NCBI RefSeq assembly: GCF_000181795.1
Contig: NW_003526948.1
Location: 1,720,206-1,767,414 of the forward strand
Direction of reading: 5' to 3'
DNA: 47,209 nt
Source of the DNA: Trichinella spiralis
Lineage: Eukaryota
The notes beneath the pieces are model-generated. The model was not told the origin of the DNA and did no database searches. It worked only from the letters and a program-made list of their open reading frames with translations. Positions 47,171 to 47,209 of this stretch are shown here, one piece after another. The position numbers and the translations under genes were made by a program. Every line of letters starts with the position of its first letter. Position 1 is the stretch's first letter.

Positions 47171-47209
47171 GCGGACGGCACGAAGCAGATCGAGGACGAC
47201 ACGAAGCAG
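47126..47209 (+). CDS. Possible 5' end of a heptad-repeat protein (21-bp tandem repeat), truncated by the window
   Basis: After the acceptor-like cttacag: MKKRRSEN-ADNTKQI-ADGTKQI-EDDTKQ. The 21-bp units start at 47150, 47171 and 47192. Confidence 0.4.
   Translation, partial: MKKRRSENADNTKQIADGTKQIEDDTKQ

Overview
This is AT-rich eukaryotic genomic DNA with compact genes and short (mostly about 45-100 nt) GT-AG introns. The style suggests a nematode, possibly Trichinella-like (inference only). Genes rebuilt by hand-splicing, in order: a signal-peptide protein running off the left end (-), tRNA-dihydrouridine synthase DUS1L, proteasome beta subunit PSMB4, an intronless GC-rich 686-aa protein that appears to be four tandem MS4A/CD20-like modules, a divergent GALK2-like kinase, an FN3 receptor tyrosine kinase, a GRASP/tamalin-like PDZ scaffold, a divergent GIGYF-like protein, a secreted Pro/Asn/Gln-rich protein, PSME3IP1/FAM192A, and small orphan genes and degenerate repeats at the right end. 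The most unusual feature is a pair of ~1-kb direct repeats flanking the GALK2-like locus. Each holds a ~400-nt candidate Pol III transcription unit: tRNA-type A and B boxes, a chain of hairpins, and a terminal hairpin plus T-run. The arms are ~95% identical, but the core is hypervariable while keeping base-pairing potential, including a compensatory change and a possible pseudoknot or switch. Exon boundaries and family assignments come from reading and remembered motifs, not from searches.
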